Shown here: positions 58,352 to 64,000 of the stretch, piece by piece
Position numbering within the stretch: position 1 is the first letter of the stretch
Layout of the letters: each line of letters begins with the position of its first letter
Origin: Candidatus Hydrogenedentota bacterium
GTDB lineage: Bacteria > Hydrogenedentota > Hydrogenedentia > Hydrogenedentales > JAEUWI01
Reading direction: 5' to 3'
Assembly: GCA_034669905.1 (NCBI GenBank)
Contig: JAXMOL010000011.1
Location: forward strand, 32,001-96,000
DNA length: 64,000 bases
Notes under the pieces: model-generated
Databases searched by the model: none
The model's input: only the letters and a program-made list of their open reading frames with translations
What the model was told of the DNA's origin: nothing
Translations under genes and position numbers: made by a program

Positions 58352-59854
58352 ATGAGTGACGCCCCCCTTGATCGCCTGAAAGCCCGCCTCGGCGAGGTAA
58401 GTGATATTAACAGTGCCGTTTCCCTGCTCCACTGGGACCAGGAAGTCTTTATGCCGCCCAAGGCCGCCGAAGGCCGGGGGCAGCAGCTCGCCACCCTTTC
58501 GGGCTTGGCCCACCGGCTCTTTACGGACGCGGAAATCGGGCAGATGATTCTCCAGCTCATGGACCAGGGCGACCTTTCCGGCGATGACGCGAAGCTGGTG
58601 AGCGAAGCGGCCTACGACTACAACCAGGCCACCAAGGTACCCGAGGCCTTCGTCCAGAAATTCGCCATTGCGCAAAGCAAGGCCTATGAAGCCTGGGTGG
58701 CGGCCCGGGAAGGGTCGGACTTCAAAACCTTCCAGCCCCATCTCGAAACCATGGTGTCCCTGCTGCGCGAGAAGGCCGACTTGCTGGGTTATGAAGGCTC
58801 GCCCTACAACGCCCTGCTGGGCGAATATGAGCGGGGCATGACCGCGGAAGAGCTCAAGACTATCTTTGGCGACCTGGCCCCACGCCAGGGTGCGCTGGTG
58901 GACCGCATCGTCAATGCGCCCCAACAACCCGATCTCGCCTGGCTCGACCAGGAGTGGGATCCGGACACCCAATGGGACATCAGCATGGACGTCCTCCGCG
59001 ATATCGGCTATGACTTTGATGCGGGTCGTCAGGACCGCTCGGTCCACCCCTTCACCATCAACTTCGACACGAAGGACGTACGGGTTACCACCCGCATCCA
59101 TCCCAAAGAACTCTTCTCCGGCCTCACGGGCTCCATCCACGAGGGGGGCCACGCCCTCTATGAGCAGGGCTTTCTGGATAAGGACCGTCGCACGGTCTTG
59201 GGCCAGGCCATTTCGCTGGGCATTCACGAATCCCAGTCGCGCATGTGGGAAAACATGATTGGCCGTAGCCAGCCCTTCTGGAACCGCTATGCGAGCCGCC
59301 TTCAGGTAGCCTACCCCGGCCAGCTCGACGACCAGAGTCCCGAGGATTTCTATCGGGCCATCAACCACGTGGCCCCCACCTTCATCCGCGTGGAAGCCGA
59401 TGAGTGCACCTACAATCTTCACGTCATCATTCGCTTTGAGATCGAACTCGCCCTCATCGAAGGTGATTTGGCGGTGGCCGACGTGCCGGAAGCGTGGAAC
59501 GCCAAGATGAAGCAATACTTGGGGCTCGACGTAGCGGACGACGCCAATGGCTGTCTGCAGGATATCCACTGGTCCCACGGCAGCATGGGCTACTTCCCCA
59601 CCTACGCCCTGGGCAACCTCTACGCCGCCCAGCTTTTTGAGACCATCGAGGGCGCGATACCCGACCTTTGGAAACAGGTAGAGGCCGGTGACTTTGCGCC
59701 GTTGCTGGGCTGGCTGCGCAGCAACGTCCACGAAGTAGGACGGCGTCAGACCGCAGTGGAGCTTATCGAGAACGTAACGGGCAAGGCGCCCTCTGCGGAC
59801 GCCTTCATGCGCTATCTCGAAGGGAAGTACTTGCCCCTCTATGGGCTGAGCTAA
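58352..59854 (+). CDS. Carboxypeptidase M32 (Taq family)
   Basis: HPF, HEGGHALYEQG (HEXXH), HESQS, IRVEADE, GCLQDIHW and GYFPTY. Confidence 0.95.
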   Translation: MSDAPLDRLKARLGEVSDINSAVSLLHWDQEVFMPPKAAEGRGQQLATLSGLAHRLFTDAEIGQMILQLMDQGDLSGDDAKLVSEAAYDYNQATKVPEAFVQKFAIAQSKAYEAWVAAREGSDFKTFQPHLETMVSLLREKADLLGYEGSPYNALLGEYERGMTAEELKTIFGDLAPRQGALVDRIVNAPQQPDLAWLDQEWDPDTQWDISMDVLRDIGYDFDAGRQDRSVHPFTINFDTKDVRVTTRIHPKELFSGLTGSIHEGGHALYEQGFLDKDRRTVLGQAISLGIHESQSRMWENMIGRSQPFWNRYASRLQVAYPGQLDDQSPEDFYRAINHVAPTFIRVEADECTYNLHVIIRFEIELALIEGDLAVADVPEAWNAKMKQYLGLDVADDANGCLQDIHWSHGSMGYFPTYALGNLYAAQLFETIEGAIPDLWKQVEAGDFAPLLGWLRSNVHEVGRRQTAVELIENVTGKAPSADAFMRYLEGKYLPLYGLS

Positions 59855-59876
59855 GCCGCAGGGAAGAGGGGCCTCG

Positions 59877-60476
59877 GGGTGCCACCCTCAAGCGGGGCGG
59901 CTACGCCGCAGTGCTTGTGGGTGACAGGACTTCACTGGAGCGGGGCCGCCCGACAAAGGCCACAGAAAAAACAAGTTGCAGCACACGTTCAAGCGTGGAG
60001 TTCATGAGCTCAATGCACCCACAAGCTTCCCCCGCTGCGCTCCTCCGCTTGAGGGTGGCACCCGACATCCTGTTGAAGAGGGGGACAGCCCCGACGTCTG
60101 CACGGGCTTCGCTGTGGCCAGAGGGAATTTTTCGCCCGCGGGTTGACGGCACTTAGCCCGGTTCATTGCGTCGGTGCAGTCCCCGCTGATGGCACAAAAA
60201 AGGACTTCACTGGAGCGAGGCCGCCCGACAAAGGCCACAGAAAAAACAAGTTACAGCACACGTTCAAGCGTGGAGTTCATGAGCTCAATGCACCCACAAA
60301 CTTCCCCCGCTGCGCTCCCCCGCTGCGCTCCTCCGCTTGAGGGTGGCACCCGACATCCTGTTGAAGAGGGGGACAGCCCCGACGTCTGCACGGGCTTCGC
60401 TGTGGCCAGAGGGAATTTTTCGCCCGCGGGTTGACGGCACGTAGCCCGGTTCATTGCGTCGGTGCAGTCCCCGCTG
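59877..60476. repeat. Composite repeat (family A + family B), tandemly duplicated
   Basis: Near-identical units 59926-60188 and 60201-60476. The second carries an extra 13-bp CCCCCGCTGCGCT. Confidence 0.9.
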
Positions 60477-60480
60477 CTCG

Positions 60481-60837
60481 TCAGCCAAACAACTCCGCCC
60501 ACACGTCTTCTTTAAATCCCACCGTGGCCGCGTCATCGCCCAATACAAAAGGACGTTTGACTAGATTGCCATTCTCCGCGAGCATGGCCAACGCTTCGTC
60601 TTCCGACAGAGTCGGCAGCTTCTCCTTCATGTTCAGGGCCTTGTAGTCCTGTCCGGAAGTGTTGAAGAGCTTCTTGATGTTCCCGTCCATGGCCGCAAGC
60701 ATCGTCTTCAACTCGGTGACCTTCGGCGGCGTTTCGCGGATGGGGTGGTTCTCATAGGCGACGCCCTGTGCATCGAGCCACTTGAGGGCTTTCTTACAGG
60801 TGCCACAGTTTTTGTAGGTGTAGAGTTTGAGGGCCAT
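60481..60837 (-). CDS. ArsC/Spx-family thioredoxin-fold protein
   Basis: YKNCGTCKKA, LFNTSG..YK and NLVKRP. Confidence 0.9.
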   Translation of the reverse strand: MALKLYTYKNCGTCKKALKWLDAQGVAYENHPIRETPPKVTELKTMLAAMDGNIKKLFNTSGQDYKALNMKEKLPTLSEDEALAMLAENGNLVKRPFVLGDDAATVGFKEDVWAELFG

Positions 60838-60935
60838 GGGTTTTCCTTTTCTTATGTTGTCGTCGCTTGGACCGGGCCGCACATGGTACCCGGATGGGCA
60901 GGCAGGCTACAAGCTGTGGCAGACGCCCGTCGTTG

Positions 60936-61091
60936 AAAGGACCAAAAGGACATAAAGGACGTAAAGGCCAGCGAGACGGATGAGCGGGCTGGATAGCGGT
61001 TCAAAGACCACGAATTGGCACCGGTGTCACCGTGCCCTGTGCGCTTCGACAGTCATTGTCCTTTGGGTCCTTTATGTCCTTTAGGTCCTTT
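60936..61091. repeat. Inverted array of 9-nt AAAGGAC/GTCCTTT repeats
   Basis: AAAGGACnn x3 plus AAAGGCC (60936-60969), and GTCCTTTnn x4 (61058-61091). Confidence 0.8.
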
Positions 61092-61170
61092 CCCCGCAGC
61101 TTGCCTCCGCCCCCTTTCCATGCTAGGATTGGTTATAACCACTTTGCACCATTACCTGAGGGAATCTATT

Positions 61171-62379
61171 ATGCCGAAATGCCATCTCCTCTTCGCACTG
61201 GCCTTGCTCTCCCCACTCGCGGCCCCTGCCACGACCTTCTCCGAGCACCTCATCTACGAGAAATTCAGCTACCCCTATGGCATCGCAGCGGGTGACCTGG
61301 ATGGCGATGGCGACCTCGACCTCTCCAGTGCCGACTGCAAGACCAATGACTCCGTCTACTGGTTCGAAAACGACGGACAGGGAAATTTCACCCAACACTT
61401 CGTCCAGAAGAATGACCCCGATCGGCTGGAGCGCCATTTACTGGGCGATGTGAACGCCGACGGACACCTGGACATCGTCATCGTAAAAAACCTCCGGGGC
61501 CACCTTCTCTGGTTCGAAAACAACGGTACCCCGAAAGACGGTCAACTGTGGAAGCGACACGTCATCACCGAAGATCTTCCCGGAGCCTATGACGTGGCCC
61601 TGGCCGACATCGATCAGGATGGCGATCTCGATGTAGCGGGCTCCAGTTGGGTATTGGGCAATCAGTTCGCCTGGTTTGAGAACGACGGTACCCCTGCGGA
61701 TGGCCATTGGAAGAAACACCTCATCGAAGGGGATGTGGACGAAACCCGCGCCATTCGTGCCGCCGATTTTGATGCCGATGGCGATGTGGACTTTCTGGGC
61801 GTCATCTCGGTAAACCCGGTGGCTAACGAAGACGGCGTGAAAGAATTCAAACCCGGCTTTGTGGTCTGGTATGAGCAATACCGCGACGGTGACGCCATTG
61901 CCTTTCGTCGCCATGATGTGGCCACGGCTATTCGCCCGCTCCATGGCGAGCCCGCCGATATGGATGGAGACGGCGACCTGGATATTGTGATGGCCATGGG
62001 CATGTCTGCCCCCGTGGACAGGAAAGACACCCATCGGGTCCTGTGGTATGAGAACACGGACGACCGTCATGCGCCCTGGCCTGCCCACGTGGTGGCCGAT
62101 CGCTTCCGGGACGGCTTCGAAGCCATTGCCTACGATATGGATCAGGATGGCGACATGGATGTAATCGCGACGTCGTGGCGGACACCGGGCCAAGTGGCCT
62201 GGTTTGAAAATTCGGGCGATGCGAAAGGCCCGTGGACGAAACACCCCTTGAAGACCGACTGGCGGAGTGCAAACCAGGTCATCGTCGCGGACTTCAATGG
62301 CGACAAGCGCCCCGACATTGCCGCTATCGCGGAATATGGCAGTCTGGAACTTCGCTGGTGGCGCAACGAAGGGCCGTGA
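61171..62379 (+). CDS. Secreted FG-GAP/VCBS beta-propeller protein
   Basis: Signal peptide; seven DxDxDGDxD-type repeats, each with W(F/Y)EN-like motifs. Confidence 0.9.
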   Translation: MPKCHLLFALALLSPLAAPATTFSEHLIYEKFSYPYGIAAGDLDGDGDLDLSSADCKTNDSVYWFENDGQGNFTQHFVQKNDPDRLERHLLGDVNADGHLDIVIVKNLRGHLLWFENNGTPKDGQLWKRHVITEDLPGAYDVALADIDQDGDLDVAGSSWVLGNQFAWFENDGTPADGHWKKHLIEGDVDETRAIRAADFDADGDVDFLGVISVNPVANEDGVKEFKPGFVVWYEQYRDGDAIAFRRHDVATAIRPLHGEPADMDGDGDLDIVMAMGMSAPVDRKDTHRVLWYENTDDRHAPWPAHVVADRFRDGFEAIAYDMDQDGDMDVIATSWRTPGQVAWFENSGDAKGPWTKHPLKTDWRSANQVIVADFNGDKRPDIAAIAEYGSLELRWWRNEGP

Positions 62380-62385
62380 CTTTCC

Positions 62386-63000
62386 CTACACGAAGAGGAC
62401 GGGTAGCCCGTCCAGGATAAGCGCCAGAATCGCGAACTTTGACCAGCGACGATCCCACGGGTAGAGGCTGGACACGGCCAGGATCACGGATGCAATGATG
62501 GCGACCGTGCCCACCCCGATGAGGGGCGGTAATACGAATGAAAACGACGCGCCACGGAGCGAAAGGTCGTTGTAGTTGTGGGACATGATAAGGTGGAGCA
62601 TGGCCGCACTCAACAGCGAAAGTCCCACCACGGACAAGACCAGCGCTGCCGCCGCACGGGGAATAACGCGGCGCGTCCGGCGGATACTCGTGGGGGAAGG
62701 TGCCTTGACGTAGACCACACCATCATGCCCCATGACCCGGGCATCTAACTGCACGGCCATGGCCAACATCTTGGTGAGGACTTCGAGATCAGAAGAAACG
62801 CCCACCACGTTGCCCCGCTCCAGGCGGAACACGTTGGCATGGGTCTTCCAGCTCACCGCCCCGTTGGGGTCATCTTCCACCCCGTCACGGCGCAACTCCC
62901 CATCAAGCGCCACGTGATCTGCCCATTCCTCGGCAGTTATCTCGGGGCCGTCCTCCTGAGAATAACGCGTACGGCGGGTAATGTAATAGGTTTCTTCCAT
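62386..63000 (-). CDS. Hypothetical membrane protein
   Basis: Soluble N-terminus (ITAEEW...DGEL, LDARVMG.DG) followed by three TM segments. Confidence 0.7.
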   Translation of the reverse strand: MEETYYITRRTRYSQEDGPEITAEEWADHVALDGELRRDGVEDDPNGAVSWKTHANVFRLERGNVVGVSSDLEVLTKMLAMAVQLDARVMGHDGVVYVKAPSPTSIRRTRRVIPRAAAALVLSVVGLSLLSAAMLHLIMSHNYNDLSLRGASFSFVLPPLIGVGTVAIIASVILAVSSLYPWDRRWSKFAILALILDGLPVLFV

Positions 63001-63002
63001 AA

Positions 63003-63449
63003 TTATTCTACTTCTCCGGTCGGTCCCATTTGGAGTTCTCCCAACGACACCACGTCCGTTGTATGCCCCAAGGTGACGGGCACATCGACGACGCCGAAGG
63101 ACCCCGTCTCCACCTGGAAAACTACGGTAATCGCCTCGCCATCGCCTGCTGAATCCGGGCGCCCTCCCCGACGCGGCACGGATCCTTCATAGGTAAACGA
63201 TAGTGTCCCATCGGCATCCGTGTACCCATCATAGATCACCGCCTCCCCCACTTTCACGATCACGCGGCGCCCTTCGATGGCTTCGCCGGACTGTCCGTTG
63301 ACCAAGGCACCGCGCACCTCCACGGCATAGTCATAGCGCACACAGCCCCCGAGGCCGAGCACGAGCAGAGAAAGACACAAAAGGGGGCGGATGACGGTGG
63401 CCGATAGCCATCGCCCGAAAAAAAACGGCCATGAAATTACGTGATTCAT
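63003..63449 (-). CDS. Putative lipoprotein (carboxypeptidase-regulatory-like beta domain)
   Basis: GGAGGG RBS, lipobox LGGC, and TDADG. Confidence 0.6.
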   Translation of the reverse strand: MNHVISWPFFFGRWLSATVIRPLLCLSLLVLGLGGCVRYDYAVEVRGALVNGQSGEAIEGRRVIVKVGEAVIYDGYTDADGTLSFTYEGSVPRRGGRPDSAGDGEAITVVFQVETGSFGVVDVPVTLGHTTDVVSLGELQMGPTGEVE

Positions 63450-63486
63450 TCTCTCACCCTCCACCGGTCCGCCCCACCGGCCCTGT

Positions 63487-64000
63487 TCATGCACCGGCGA
63501 CCACGACGGGTTCCGGCAGTTGGCGCTCGATTTCATCGACCCGATAGCCAAAGCCCGTGCCCGAGAGACTCTCGAGGCGCACCACGCCGTCACGACGCTG
63601 GTAAAGCCCTGGATGCACCTTGGCTTCCGGCTGGCTCGCATCCGGATAAAACTGCATGGCATTGGTTTCGACGCCCATGATGGTGCCTGCGTGAGCCGCG
63701 AGCAAGACATGGGGAATCTGAGCGAGCATGGGGTTGGTCAAATCCTGCACCATGAGGGTCATGCCGTGGGCCTTGGCCCAACACATGCTCAAGAGCGCAC
63801 CCGTCTGGGTTTTACAGGTCTTGAGCGCAACGCCCGTCCAACCCAGCTCCCGCCCCAGGCGCACCAGCTCCCAGTCATGGGCGCTTTCATCCATAAACAG
63901 GGGCTTGCGGGACGAGACACTGTGTACATCGATCCGGTTTTCTTCCAGCTCGTAGGGGAAGGGTTGTTCCACATAGAGGAGCATGCCGCAGATGCGGGGA
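63487..64000 (-). CDS. Enolase-superfamily (mandelate racemase-like) protein, C-terminal part
   Basis: YVEQP, MDESA, ALKTCK, MVQD and GTGFG; start lies outside the window. Confidence 0.85.
   Translation of the reverse strand, partial: PRICGMLLYVEQPFPYELEENRIDVHSVSSRKPLFMDESAHDWELVRLGRELGWTGVALKTCKTQTGALLSMCWAKAHGMTLMVQDLTNPMLAQIPHVLLAAHAGTIMGVETNAMQFYPDASQPEAKVHPGLYQRRDGVVRLESLSGTGFGYRVDEIERQLPEPVVVAGA

Noticed and set aside
44347..59731. Long minus-strand ORFs 44347..45948, 50223..52034 and 58337..59731
   Set aside because: Antisense shadows of rmuC, the heparinase-family lyase and the M32 peptidase.
59901..60548. Small ORFs with repeated peptides; possible CRISPR array
   Set aside because: These are translations of the tandem REP-like duplication. 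There is no short repeat/unique spacer periodicity and no cas genes.

Overview
Bacterial genomic window with two parts. (1) Positions 1 to about 23,040 look like a genomic island abutting the 3' end of a tRNA-Val(CAC) gene (23044-23120, minus strand). No integrase is in view, so the island probably extends past the left edge. It carries a type I-like BREX operon on the minus strand (brxA-brxB-brxC-pglX-[C5-cytosine MTase]-[pglZ'/'pglX chimeric scar]-[DUF262/DUF1524 GmrSD-like nuclease]-pglZ-brxL). It also carries a run of small mobile-element genes headed by a DUF932-like gene, and three orphan ORFs that appear to be divergent paralogs. (2) Positions ~23,260-64,000 are GC-rich backbone: an ABC exporter with FG-GAP proteins, sugar-catabolism and secreted enzymes, yajQ, rmuC, an M32 peptidase, a PVC-type heme protein, and many REP/REPIN-like intergenic repeats. 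The most striking item is a two-gene locus (33110-36109) that pairs a pentameric ligand-gated ion channel fused to a Venus-flytrap ligand-binding domain with a voltage-gated BacNav-type channel. Also found by eye: a 6S-like rod-shaped RNA upstream of rmuC, evidence of a specificity-module swap in BREX, and two small ORFs missing from the ORF track. All family assignments come from motif recognition, not database searches.
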